A stretch of DNA of 51,442 nucleotides, from the NCBI GenBank assembly GCA_046594825.1, contig JBKJRF010000193.1, forward strand, positions 1-51,442. The letters run 5' to 3'. The notes under the pieces are model-generated. The model ran no database searches, was not told the origin of the DNA, and worked only from the letters and a program-made list of their open reading frames with translations. Source of the stretch: Methylotenera sp. (GTDB taxonomy: Bacteria; Pseudomonadota; Gammaproteobacteria; Burkholderiales; Methylophilaceae). The first letter of the stretch is position 1, and every line of letters starts with the position of its first letter. Shown piece by piece: positions 19,499 to 29,632 of the stretch. The position numbers were made by a program, and so were the translations under genes.

Positions 19499-20057
19499 GC
19501 AATATTTATTTGCTGGTTTACTAGCCTGCTTGTTCGGGATGTTTACTACTACGGCTTTTGCCAGTGGCAGCAGTTTGAGCATTCAAAGTGCTGAATTAGA
19601 CTTGGTGGAAGATAGTTATGTACTCAATGCCGATGTCGATATTAAATTTAGTGAAGAGATAGAACAAGCGGTAGTCAAAGGTTTTGTACTGAATTTCATC
19701 ATAGAGTTTCAGCTAGTTACACCACGAAAATATTGGTTCGATGATGAAATTGCAACGGTTACGCGCCGTGTTGCATTGAGTTACCATGCACTTTCACGGC
19801 AATATTTGCTTACGCGAGGTGGTCAACAAAGAACTTTTGCTAGTTTAGATGACGCAATAGATGCCTTATCTGACATTAGTGATTTAACAGTATTTCAAAG
19901 GACGGATGTTGAAAAAGGTGTACTTTACAAAGCGACTTTGCTGATGCGTTTAGACCAAACTAAATTGCCTAAAGCTTTACAGGTAGATGCGATTGGGTCA
20001 GATGACTGGAAAATGACATCGCAACATTTTGAATGGATACCTAACCTATTTAAATGA
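19461..20057 (+). CDS. DUF4390 domain protein
   Basis: Signal/TM segment, RKYWFD, LSYHALSRQY and LPKALQV; typical rsmB-DUF4390-sensor kinase context. Confidence 0.85.
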   Translation: MTVFSMHYCKKIKQYLFAGLLACLFGMFTTTAFASGSSLSIQSAELDLVEDSYVLNADVDIKFSEEIEQAVVKGFVLNFIIEFQLVTPRKYWFDDEIATVTRRVALSYHALSRQYLLTRGGQQRTFASLDDAIDALSDISDLTVFQRTDVEKGVLYKATLLMRLDQTKLPKALQVDAIGSDDWKMTSQHFEWIPNLFK

Positions 20058-20097
20058 AATATCCTGTTTAAATGAATTGTTTGTTTAGATGAAATAT
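20045..20097 (+). repeat. Three degenerate tandem 17-18 bp repeats spanning the gene junction
   Basis: CCTATTTAAATGAAATAT / CCTGTTTAAATGAATTG / TTTGTTTAGATGAAATAT. Confidence 0.75.
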
Positions 20098-22248
20098 ATC
20101 GTATTAACCAGCGCGATTTTAGGCGCAATATTACTTTATTTACTCTCTAACGCTAGCGCTAATACAGCAGCTTCTGGCGAGTATTACACCTTGCTGGTTG
20201 CGCTGAATATTGCATTAGCAATTTTCCTCATTGTATTGATTGGTGTTCAGCTTTTTGGACTATATCGAAAAATCCGTGCGAGAGTGATGGGTAGCCGTTT
20301 TACCCTGCGCTTGCTTGCTACTTTTGTGTTGATGGCGATTATTCCCGGTTTAATTGTGTATTTAGTGTCAGTGAATTTTTTGACGCGGTCTATTGAATCT
20401 TGGTTTAACGTAAAGGTTGAGGCGGCGCTGGAAGGTGGTCTTAATCTTGGTCGTACCGCACTCGATATTATGCTGGCAGACGTTAAGGAAAAAGGCGAAA
20501 GCATGGCGACTAGTTTGGCTTTTCAGCCTGCGAATACACATTTTTCTTTGTTAAACGATTTGCGGGAAAAAAGCGGAATTCAAGATGCTACTTTATTATC
20601 AGTGCAGGGTAGAATTTTAGCGGTTTCCAGTAGTGATTCAAGTAGCTTTTTACCTGCATTACCCAGCTTGGCACAGCTTAGGCAAGCGCGGCAGCGCATT
20701 TACGGGAGTGTTGAACCCATCGGCAAAAAGGGGCTGTATTTACGGGTGTTGGCTCCCGTCAATGTGCAGGATTTAACAGGCGAAATTCGCATTTTGCAAT
20801 TATTACAACCCGTGCCAAAGTCGCTTGCTACTACTGCCGAGGCGGTGCAAGATGTCTATCAAGAATATCAACAGCTTTCTTATAGCCGCACTTCATTAAG
20901 GGAAGTGTTTGCGCTGACATTGACGCTCGTTATGATGTTAGCACTGCTGACAGCGGTGGCGATTGCTTTTGTATTGAGTCGCCGACTATCAGCACCGCTT
21001 ACTGTTTTAGCTGAAGGCACTAAGGCGATTGCTAGTGGCGATTACAGCACCATGTTACCTGCTCACGGTAAAGATGAGCTAGGCGTATTGGTGCAATCAT
21101 TTAACAGCATGACACAACAATTGGGCGATGCCACCAAAGCGGCCGATAGAAACCGCGCACGCGTTGAAGCAGCACGTGGCTATTTAGAAACCATATTGGC
21201 GCATTTATCATCAGGCGTATTAGCACTGAACGAACGGGGCGAGTTACGCACGTTTAATCAAGCGGCTTCTAATATTTTGGGCATAAATCTAGAGAGTTAT
21301 GTAGGGTTAACGCTGGATAAAATTGCCGCCAAACAAACGCGATTAGAAAGCTTTTTAAATGCGATTGTGTTGCATACTGAGCAGGATGACCTACAAAAGC
21401 CGGCACAAAAAGATGAAGTACAAACTCAAATTGAGCTTGCGAGTGCGCAAGGTAAACAGATTTTAACGTTGCGCGGCACGCGATTACCTGACGGTGGTTA
21501 TGTGGCGGTGTTTGATGATGCGACCACTATGATACAAGCACAGCGCGATGCTGCTTGGGGCGAAGTTGCACGACGGCTGGCACATGAAATTAAAAATCCA
21601 CTCACGCCTATACAGTTATCGGCAGAGCGTATGGCGCATAAATTACACAATAAATTAGATGCTACTGATGCAGAAATGCTCAAACGCTCTACTGAAACGA
21701 TTGTGAATCAAGTACATGCCATGAAAACCATGGTGAATGAATTTAGCGAGTATGCACGTTCACCAGCACCTCAATTAGAACGTTTAGACTTAAACAAACT
21801 GATTCGAGAGGTCGTCTCACTTTATGATTTGCCTGGTACTCAGGCTACAGGCCCTAAAATAAAACTCGCTTTAGAGAAGCAAGCTTGTACCATTAAGGGT
21901 GACGGCACCATGCTACGTCAAGTGTTACATAACTTACTGCAAAATGCGCAAGATGCGCTTGCTACACATATAGCCCCTATCATTTTAGTGAAAACTGAAG
22001 TGATAAACGATATGCTGATATTAACGGTGGAAGACAATGGCACGGGTTTCCCTGCTGAAATGATGCCTCATGCTTTTGAACCTTACGTGACCACTAAGCC
22101 GCATGGAACTGGGCTTGGTTTAGCGATAGTTAAAAAAATTATTGAAGAACATAAAGGTGGTATTAAAATTGAGAACGTAATAAGCAATAATCTGGATACA
22201 AAAAAAGCGGGTGCGGTTGTAACAATTAGTATTCCACTTTTGAAATAA
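20089..22248 (+). CDS. ntrY: NtrY-like sensor histidine kinase (TM, HAMP, PAS, HisKA, HATPase)
   Basis: SIESWF, HAMP (DELGVLVQSFNSMT), AWGEVARRLAHEIKNPLTPIQLSAER, DNGTG and GTGLGL. Confidence 0.88.
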   Translation: MKYIVLTSAILGAILLYLLSNASANTAASGEYYTLLVALNIALAIFLIVLIGVQLFGLYRKIRARVMGSRFTLRLLATFVLMAIIPGLIVYLVSVNFLTRSIESWFNVKVEAALEGGLNLGRTALDIMLADVKEKGESMATSLAFQPANTHFSLLNDLREKSGIQDATLLSVQGRILAVSSSDSSSFLPALPSLAQLRQARQRIYGSVEPIGKKGLYLRVLAPVNVQDLTGEIRILQLLQPVPKSLATTAEAVQDVYQEYQQLSYSRTSLREVFALTLTLVMMLALLTAVAIAFVLSRRLSAPLTVLAEGTKAIASGDYSTMLPAHGKDELGVLVQSFNSMTQQLGDATKAADRNRARVEAARGYLETILAHLSSGVLALNERGELRTFNQAASNILGINLESYVGLTLDKIAAKQTRLESFLNAIVLHTEQDDLQKPAQKDEVQTQIELASAQGKQILTLRGTRLPDGGYVAVFDDATTMIQAQRDAAWGEVARRLAHEIKNPLTPIQLSAERMAHKLHNKLDATDAEMLKRSTETIVNQVHAMKTMVNEFSEYARSPAPQLERLDLNKLIREVVSLYDLPGTQATGPKIKLALEKQACTIKGDGTMLRQVLHNLLQNAQDALATHIAPIILVKTEVINDMLILTVEDNGTGFPAEMMPHAFEPYVTTKPHGTGLGLAIVKKIIEEHKGGIKIENVISNNLDTKKAGAVVTISIPLLK

Positions 22249-22294
22249 ATAAACCCTCCTTAAAATGATGGCTTAACATTAGAAAACAGACGGT

Positions 22295-23641
22295 ATGGCA
22301 TCAAAACATATATTAGTGGTAGATGATGAAATTGGCATTCGCGAGTTATTGCATGATATTTTGCAAGACGAAGGTTACAGTGTTCAACTCGCTGAAAATG
22401 CTGCTGCAGCCCGTGCAGCACGCTTACACGAACGCCCAGATGTCGTATTGTTAGATATTTGGATGCCAGATTGTGATGGAATTACTCTGCTAAAAGAGTG
22501 GGCAAATAATGCCTTGCTGACTATGCCTGTGGTAATGATGTCTGGACACGGCACTATAGATACTGCGGTTGAGGCGACACGAATCGGTGCTTTTGATTTT
22601 TTAGAAAAACCGATTGCGCTACAAAAATTATTAAAGACCGTTGGTGCGGCACTTAAACATGGTGAGCAATTACCAAAGTCTAAGATGAGTTTGGTCAATT
22701 TAGGCAAAAGTCCTATTGTGGCTGCATTAAAAGATAGGCTAGATAAAATTGCGACGAGCACTAGTATTAGTCCAGGCCCAGTATTATTGATAGGTCAAAA
22801 AGGTTGTGGTGCGGAGTTGTGCGCCCGCTATTTACAAAGCCAAAACACACCTTGGTTACAACTTACAGAGTTCGGTCAATTAGTTAGTGCACCTTTAGAT
22901 ATTTTGGAACCTATACGTGATGGCGTGCTGTATATCCCTGAAATTGCAGAGCTGAATAAAACTGAGCAAAAAGGTTTATTACTGCTGATTACAAAATCAG
23001 ACAAATTCAATGTACGAGTGGTGTGTAGCACTAGCGAGAACTTACCAAAACTGCAGGCAGAAGGCATGTTTGACCACAATTTATTACAAGCTTTATCGGC
23101 AGTATCGTTACGTGTACCCGCACTAGATGAGCACAAAGAAGATATTCCTGACTTAGCAATTGCTATTGCTAATTTGCAGTTAGAACTCGCTGGTGTTGAA
23201 TATCGCGAATTTGATATTGCCGCTTTAAATGCCTTGCGTAATGCAAGTTGGCCTGGTGATTTAGCACAGTTAGATGCCGTGATTCGGAATTTGATACAAA
23301 CAAGCTTAGGTGAAAAAATTACCTTAGATGATGTGAACCGTATCATCCATCAGTTTGATGATGCTTCCATTGAGCATGCTCAACATAGTAATGCAGCAAG
23401 CGAACGGCAGTCAGAAAATACACATATAGACTCAAACAGCCAGCAGTCAGAATTACCGCAATTTGATATTCAGTTAAACCAACCATTACGTGAAGCTCGC
23501 GACGATTTTGAGCGGTTATATTTTGGCCATCACTTAAAAGACGTTACCAATAATATGAGTAAACTTGCAGAGATTGCTGGTTTAGAGCGTACACATTTAT
23601 ATCGTAAGCTTAAACAGTTGGGGATCAAGATTAAAGGTTGA
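22295..23641 (+). CDS. ntrX: NtrX-like response regulator (REC, degenerate AAA+, Fis HTH)
   Basis: ILVVDDE, LLDIWMP, MMSGHGTIDTAV and FLEKP; C-terminal GLERTHLYRKLK. Confidence 0.86.
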   Translation: MASKHILVVDDEIGIRELLHDILQDEGYSVQLAENAAAARAARLHERPDVVLLDIWMPDCDGITLLKEWANNALLTMPVVMMSGHGTIDTAVEATRIGAFDFLEKPIALQKLLKTVGAALKHGEQLPKSKMSLVNLGKSPIVAALKDRLDKIATSTSISPGPVLLIGQKGCGAELCARYLQSQNTPWLQLTEFGQLVSAPLDILEPIRDGVLYIPEIAELNKTEQKGLLLLITKSDKFNVRVVCSTSENLPKLQAEGMFDHNLLQALSAVSLRVPALDEHKEDIPDLAIAIANLQLELAGVEYREFDIAALNALRNASWPGDLAQLDAVIRNLIQTSLGEKITLDDVNRIIHQFDDASIEHAQHSNAASERQSENTHIDSNSQQSELPQFDIQLNQPLREARDDFERLYFGHHLKDVTNNMSKLAEIAGLERTHLYRKLKQLGIKIKG

Positions 23642-23651
23642 TTTTGGCGGT

Positions 23652-24416
23652 TTATGCTAGTTCCAAGACCACAGGAGTATGGTCAGAAGGTCGTTCTAAC
23701 TTGCGTGGCACTTTATCAATATATGCAGCTTTGCAGTTATTCTTAAGTGCATCACTCACCAAAATATGGTCAATGCGCATCCCAAAATTGCGCCTAAACC
23801 CCATCATGCGGTAATCCCACCAACTAAAGCTTTTTTCGGCTTGTTCAAATAGCCTAAAACTATCATGCAAACCTAAAGTAACTAATTTTTGAAAAGCTTC
23901 GCGTTCAGCGGGGCTGACTAGTATTTGGCCTAACCAAGCCGCTGGGTCATGGCAATCACGGTCTTCAGGTGCAATATTATAATCACCCAACAGTATCAGT
24001 TTGGGATGTGCAATTAGCTCGGTTCTGAGCCAATCGGTAAGTGCTGCAAGCCAACGCATTTTGTATTGATATTTTTCAGAATCTACTGTTTGGCCATTTG
24101 GAATATAAGCACAAACAATACGTATACCATTGATATCTGCTGCAATGATACGTTGATGATCATCGTCAAAGTTGGGTATGTTGCGTTGTATGTTGGTCAA
24201 TGAATGTCGGCTTAAGATTGCTACCCCGTTATAAGTTTTTTGGCCAATATGAATCGCATCATAACCAGCTACTTTTAGCGCTTCATATGGAAATTTACTG
24301 TCTTCTTGTTTGGTTTCTTGCAAACATAAAACATCGGGCTGGTTGTCGCGCAGCCAATCTAATACATGTGGCAACCTAACGTTTAACGAGTTTACGTTCC
24401 ATGTGGCAAGTTTCAA
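23652..24416 (-). CDS. xthA: Exodeoxyribonuclease III
   Basis: ATWNVNS, LQETK, YNGVAILS, GDYNIAP, WWDYR, RIDHIL and PSDHTP; TTG start. Confidence 0.96.
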   Translation of the reverse strand: MKLATWNVNSLNVRLPHVLDWLRDNQPDVLCLQETKQEDSKFPYEALKVAGYDAIHIGQKTYNGVAILSRHSLTNIQRNIPNFDDDHQRIIAADINGIRIVCAYIPNGQTVDSEKYQYKMRWLAALTDWLRTELIAHPKLILLGDYNIAPEDRDCHDPAAWLGQILVSPAEREAFQKLVTLGLHDSFRLFEQAEKSFSWWDYRMMGFRRNFGMRIDHILVSDALKNNCKAAYIDKVPRKLERPSDHTPVVLELA

Positions 24417-24496
24417 TTTCTATCTCTCATGTCATTAGTAATACTGCAACTTTACTTAGTCTCAACATAACAGCTGAAATACTAATGAACAATAAT

Positions 24497-26560
24497 TTAT
24501 GAATTCATACCATTATGACGTAATAGCGCATCAATATTAGGCTCTCGCCCACGAAAAGCGGTGAAAGACTCTAATGCAGGTCGAGAGCCGCCCTGTGCCA
24601 AAATCTCTTGCCAATAGCGTTTGCCGGTTTCTGCTGAAAGCACACCATCTTCTTCAAACATGCTGTACGCATCAGCTGATAATACCTCTGCCCATTTGTA
24701 ACTGTAATAGCCAGCGGAATAACCACCTGAGAAAATATGTGTGAAATTATTTGGAAAACGATTCCATTTCGGCGGACGCACTACGGCTACTTCATCCCGA
24801 ACAGTTTCAATCAAGTCTAAAGCGGTTGTTGTACCATTTGGGTCAAACTCACTATGTAAACGAATATCGAATAATGAAAACTCGATTTGACGGATTGTTT
24901 GCATGCCAGCTTGGAAATTTTTAGCAGCAACCATTTTATCGAACAAGGCACGAGGTAATTGTTCGCCAGTGTCTACATGTGAAGTCATATTGTGTAAAAC
25001 CTCCCATTCCCAGCAGAAATTTTCCATGAATTGGCTAGGTAATTCAACTGCATCCCATTCCACGCCTTTGATGCCAGATACTCCGTAGTCATCGACTTGG
25101 GTAAGCATGTGGTGTAAACCATGACCAAACTCGTGGAACATGGTGAGTACTTCATCGTGTGTGAATAATGCAGGTTTTCCACCTACAGGCGCAGAGAAGT
25201 TGCAGGTTAAAAATGCAACTGGTGTGGTTAGTTTTTCACCAACTTTACGACGTGTGATGGCTTCATCCATCCAAGCGCCACCACGCTTATTGTTGCGTGC
25301 ATACAAGTCTAAATAAAACTGGCCAATTAAATTACCAGCATGGTCTCTGATGTCATAAAAACTCGCAGCTTCATGCCAAACTGAAGCTTCTGATTTATTT
25401 ACATGTACACCGAAAATGGTTTCCACAACTTTGAACAAGCCAGCCAATACCTTGTTTTCGGGGAAGTATTGTTTTACTTCAAGGTCAGAAAACGCATACT
25501 TTTCTTCACGTAATTTCTCTGAGGCATAGGCTACGTCCCATGCTTGCATATCTGTAATGCCAAGCTTGGACGCATACTCTTCAAGCTCTTGTTTATCCTT
25601 AAGCGCGTAAGGCTTTGCTTTTTCAGCTAAGTCATATAAAAAGTCATTTACTTGTTTGACTGATTTGGCCATTTTGGTGGCGATTGATAGCTCAGCGTAA
25701 TTAGCAAAACCAAGTAATTTAGCTGCCTCGAGTTTCAGCTTTAAAATCTGTGAAATTAATGGGGTGTTGTCCCACATAGGGTTGCCTGATTCATCGGGCT
25801 TGCCAAACTCAGAAGCACGCGTGGCATAAGCACGATATAGCGTTTCACGTAGTTCGCGATTATCGCCATATTGCAATACAGGCAGATAAGACGGAAAGTG
25901 CAGGGTAAATTTCCAGCCAGCTTTATTATCTTCTTTTGCAGCTTCACTTGCGGTTTGCAGTACATCTTCTGGAATACCCGCTAAAGTTGTAACATCCTCA
26001 ATGTAAAGCGCATAGTCATTAGTGTTATCTAATACGTTTTCTTCAAATTTGGCAGAAAGTTTAGATAGCTCTTCTTGGATGGCCTTATAGCGTGCTTTTT
26101 GTTCAGTTGGTAATTCTGCGCCACCTAGACGAAAGTCTCGCAGTTCATTCTCTACGATTTTTTTCTTCGATACTGTCAAAGTATCAAACAGTTTGCTGGC
26201 ACGTAGAGCACGATATTTTGCGTACAGACGTTCATCCTGACTTAAGTCTGCATAAAAGTCGGTGAGTCTGGATAGATTGTCGTTATAAGCTTCACGTAAT
26301 TCCGGGCTATTCACTACACCATTCATGTGTCCTACTTGCGACCATGCACGAGATATTTTTTCTTCCATATCCTCTAGCTTGGCAGCAAAGTTTTCCCAAC
26401 TGACTTCTTCATTGCTGTTAACTAATGTTTCTATATCCGCTCTAGCTTGACTAATTAAATACTCAATCGCGGGCGATACATGCTCAGCTTTAACCTCTTG
26501 AAACTTGGGTAAACCTGAAAAATGTAAAAGTGGATTGCTTTGTAAACTGTTGGTGGTCAC
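24497..26560 (-). CDS. prlC: Oligopeptidase A (M3 peptidase)
   Basis: NPLL, KRGGAWM, FHEFGHGLHH, ELPSQFME and GYSAGYYSYKWAE. Confidence 0.95.
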   Translation of the reverse strand: MTTNSLQSNPLLHFSGLPKFQEVKAEHVSPAIEYLISQARADIETLVNSNEEVSWENFAAKLEDMEEKISRAWSQVGHMNGVVNSPELREAYNDNLSRLTDFYADLSQDERLYAKYRALRASKLFDTLTVSKKKIVENELRDFRLGGAELPTEQKARYKAIQEELSKLSAKFEENVLDNTNDYALYIEDVTTLAGIPEDVLQTASEAAKEDNKAGWKFTLHFPSYLPVLQYGDNRELRETLYRAYATRASEFGKPDESGNPMWDNTPLISQILKLKLEAAKLLGFANYAELSIATKMAKSVKQVNDFLYDLAEKAKPYALKDKQELEEYASKLGITDMQAWDVAYASEKLREEKYAFSDLEVKQYFPENKVLAGLFKVVETIFGVHVNKSEASVWHEAASFYDIRDHAGNLIGQFYLDLYARNNKRGGAWMDEAITRRKVGEKLTTPVAFLTCNFSAPVGGKPALFTHDEVLTMFHEFGHGLHHMLTQVDDYGVSGIKGVEWDAVELPSQFMENFCWEWEVLHNMTSHVDTGEQLPRALFDKMVAAKNFQAGMQTIRQIEFSLFDIRLHSEFDPNGTTTALDLIETVRDEVAVVRPPKWNRFPNNFTHIFSGGYSAGYYSYKWAEVLSADAYSMFEEDGVLSAETGKRYWQEILAQGGSRPALESFTAFRGREPNIDALLRHNGMNS

Positions 26561-26611
26561 TGCGGTAAATCCTTCTATAACGTATCTAAGCTAATTGATG
26601 AATCTAAAAAT

Positions 26612-26956
26612 TTAATTTATCAAACGTAGAGTAAGTGGATAGCGATAAGTTTCGCCTTTACTAGTAGAGATGGCGGCAATTATGCATAAAACAATATTGG
26701 CAAGCCAAATAATTCCCATAAACACAAAACCAATCAGAATCAATGCTAAAACACCCGCAATAAACTGCGCTATGAGTACGGTAATTTGGAAATTTAACGC
26801 TTCTCTTGCTTGGGATGAAATGTATTCACTATCGTCTTTTTTTAGCACCCAAACGATGAGTGCCGGTATAAATGAAAACACTGTGCCGCCTAAGTGTGTG
26901 ACGGTGGCTATGTTTTTGTCATCGTTACTTGGCGTGGTAATTAATTCAGTGGACAT
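26612..26956 (-). CDS. DUF4870 / Tic20-like small membrane protein
   Basis: AREALNFQIT and GETYRYPLTLR motifs; three TM segments; AAGGAG RBS. Confidence 0.85.
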   Translation of the reverse strand: MSTELITTPSNDDKNIATVTHLGGTVFSFIPALIVWVLKKDDSEYISSQAREALNFQITVLIAQFIAGVLALILIGFVFMGIIWLANIVLCIIAAISTSKGETYRYPLTLRLIN

Positions 26957-27004
26957 GATGACTCCTTAAAATATAGCAAATTATGAAATTTGAAGCATTA
27001 ATAG

Positions 27005-28753
27005 TTAAGGCAGATTAAATTTGGCTACAAGCTGTTCGATCTTATCAATATCGGTCAGCCCCAGTACTTTTCTGGCATTGCTACTAAGCTTAGTCATGTG
27101 GCTATGCAAGACTTGTTGTTTTACACTGAGTATATGCGAGGGGTGCATAGAAAGTTGTCGTAAGCCCATTCCAATCAATAGCTTAGTCAATTTAGCGTCA
27201 CCAGCCATTTCGCCACATACAGAAACAGACTTACCTAACTTCACGCCAGCCTTAATGGTCATCAATATCAATTTTAGTACTGACGGATGCAATGGATTAT
27301 ACAAATGTGCCACCGTATCGTCGGTGCGATCAATTGCTAGCGTATATTGAATCAAATCGTTAGTGCCAATGGATAAAAAATCCAGTTCTTCCGCAAAAGC
27401 TTCAGCGTTAATTGCAGCTGCAGGGACTTCTATCATGCCGCCAAGTGCAATAGTTTCATTAAATGGAATATTCTGTTTACGTAAACTCAGTTTCGCCCGC
27501 TCAAGCAATAATTTGGTTTGCCGCAACTCTGCTAATGTTGAAAGCATCGGAATCAAAATTTTGATGTTCCCATAGTGTGAAGCACGCAATAAAGCACGTA
27601 ATTGTGTATGAAAAATCTGTGGCTCTGATAAACACAAACGAATAGCACGTAATCCCAAAGCTGGGTTCGCGCAGTTGACGATGCTGTCGGGGTTCATCTG
27701 TTTATCTGCGCCTAAGTCCAGCGTACGAATCGTTACCTCGGCGCCTTTCATGGCTTCAGCGACTGTTTTATAGGCTATATATTGTTCTTCTTCATCTGGC
27801 ATCTCTCGCCGATTCATAAATAAAAACTCGGTGCGATATAGCCCGATACCCGTTGCGCCAGAAGCTTTAACTGCAGTAACGTCTTCTGGCACTTCAATAT
27901 TGGCAAACAGTTCAATATTCGCGCCATCCATCGTCATGGCTTTGGTGGATTTGATACGTTGCAGTTTTTGCTGTTCAAGTTCCCACTGATCTTGGCGTAA
28001 TTTATATTCGGTTAGAATGCTTTTGTCGGGGTTAACAATTACCACCCCTTGGCTACCATCAACAATAATCAACTCGCCATCGCGAATTAGATCACGCGCT
28101 TTTTGTAGTGCGACAATCGAAGGGATGTTCAGGCTACGCGCCAATATAGCGGTATGTGAAGTTACACCACCAACGTCTGTGATGAACGCGCCAAACTGAT
28201 GTTGTTTGAATTGAATCGCATCTGCAGGCGAAATATCATGCGCCACTAAAATGCGCTTGCGCTCCTGGTTAGATGCGGTTGCTTGTTGCTCGGTGGTAAG
28301 TTGGCTGGGATGACCGAGTAAAACTTTAATGACGCGCTCAACGACTTGAATGACATCTTGTTTACGCTCACGTAGATATTCGTCTTCAATTTGCTCAAAT
28401 TGGTCGACAATCTCATCCATTTGCAGCTTAATTGCCCATTCGGCATTACATTGCTCATTCCTGATGATGTCTTTAGGAGTTTCTGATAATGATTTATCTG
28501 CAAGCATCATCAAATGCGTACCAATAAAAGCACTTAATTCAGCAGGAGCATTACTGCGTAAACTACTGTGGATAAGCTCTAAATCGGTCTGAACTGTTGC
28601 TATCGCGCTGTTAAAACGCTGGATTTCATCATCAATTAAATGCTTGGGTAGCTGGTAATGAACAACTTCCAGCAATGCATTAGATACAAGATGTGCTTGC
28701 CCAATGGCAATGCCGCTTGAAACACCTACACCATGAATGCTGAAACTAATCAT
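27005..28753 (-). CDS. ptsI: PTS enzyme I (no N-terminal GAF domain)
   Basis: GGVTSHTAI (phospho-His), GLYRTEFL, NPALGLRAIR, SIGTNDLIQY and VCGEMAGD; 582 aa. Confidence 0.95.
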   Translation of the reverse strand: MISFSIHGVGVSSGIAIGQAHLVSNALLEVVHYQLPKHLIDDEIQRFNSAIATVQTDLELIHSSLRSNAPAELSAFIGTHLMMLADKSLSETPKDIIRNEQCNAEWAIKLQMDEIVDQFEQIEDEYLRERKQDVIQVVERVIKVLLGHPSQLTTEQQATASNQERKRILVAHDISPADAIQFKQHQFGAFITDVGGVTSHTAILARSLNIPSIVALQKARDLIRDGELIIVDGSQGVVIVNPDKSILTEYKLRQDQWELEQQKLQRIKSTKAMTMDGANIELFANIEVPEDVTAVKASGATGIGLYRTEFLFMNRREMPDEEEQYIAYKTVAEAMKGAEVTIRTLDLGADKQMNPDSIVNCANPALGLRAIRLCLSEPQIFHTQLRALLRASHYGNIKILIPMLSTLAELRQTKLLLERAKLSLRKQNIPFNETIALGGMIEVPAAAINAEAFAEELDFLSIGTNDLIQYTLAIDRTDDTVAHLYNPLHPSVLKLILMTIKAGVKLGKSVSVCGEMAGDAKLTKLLIGMGLRQLSMHPSHILSVKQQVLHSHMTKLSSNARKVLGLTDIDKIEQLVAKFNLP

Positions 28754-28818
28754 TTTTCTTTATAATCTTACCCAGTGAAGTTCATTAGAGTCACACTTCT
28801 TAGCATCATATACTTATG

Positions 28819-29088
28819 TTATTCACCTTCGCCAAAATAATCATTGATAAGCGTAGTTAAACCTTGAATTGCTTCAGTTTCATCTTCACCAGTAGCATCC
28901 AATGTCAGCATAGAGCCCTTGGCGGCGGCAAGCATCATGACACCCATAATACTTTTTGCATTTACCCGGCGACCATTTCGGGTAATCCAGATTTCGCTGG
29001 CAAATTTGCTAGCAGTCTGGGTAAGTTTGGTTGAGGCACGAGCATGTAAGCCTAATTTATTGATGATTTCTATATCTGTACTTATCAT
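28819..29088 (-). CDS. ptsH: Phosphocarrier protein HPr
   Basis: NKLGLHARAS (His15) and NAKSIMGV (Ser46). Confidence 0.94.
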   Translation of the reverse strand: MISTDIEIINKLGLHARASTKLTQTASKFASEIWITRNGRRVNAKSIMGVMMLAAAKGSMLTLDATGEDETEAIQGLTTLINDYFGEGE

Positions 29089-29144
29089 ATTAGTTATTAT
29101 TGGTCATATTATTTATACTTAGTTTAAGTATGTCTTGTATTGGT

Positions 29145-29561
29145 TTAATCATTTTGTTCGTATCGGTCACAAGTTTCCCTGCTGAAATGCACCACGCCCT
29201 CGCGACCACCACTCACGGCCTTTTCAACTAAGGTTAGTAGTGGCTCATTTCGATAAGTCATGGTGCGTACCAGCATAGGCAAATTTACCCCTGCAACGCC
29301 TTCAATCACGCCTGGTTGCAATAGTTTACCGACTGTATTGCAAGGCGTAGCACCATACATATCTGATAACACTAACACACCATCGCCACTATTCAACTTT
29401 TTAACCAATGCTTGCGCCTCAGGCAATAAACTATTGGGGTCATCAAGGTTACTGACTGCGAGTATGGAAAATTGCTTAGGTTCGCTTCCAATTACATGCT
29501 TTGCACAAGCCAATAAGCTTTCACCCAAACTACCGTGTGTGATGATTAAAATACCGATCAT
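29145..29561 (-). CDS. PTS EIIA, mannose/fructose type (stand-alone)
   Basis: LIITHG, LSDMYGATPCN and GVNLPML. Confidence 0.92.
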   Translation of the reverse strand: MIGILIITHGSLGESLLACAKHVIGSEPKQFSILAVSNLDDPNSLLPEAQALVKKLNSGDGVLVLSDMYGATPCNTVGKLLQPGVIEGVAGVNLPMLVRTMTYRNEPLLTLVEKAVSGGREGVVHFSRETCDRYEQND

Positions 29562-29632
29562 TATTATCTCAACTCTAAAAAAACTCTTTATAAACTGTTA
29601 ATTTTTAAGCAATAGAACCAATGTTAAGGTTA

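Noticed and set aside
20045-20097. Short repeats as a CRISPR array
   Set aside because: The repeats are directly tandem with no spacers, too short, and there are no cas genes.
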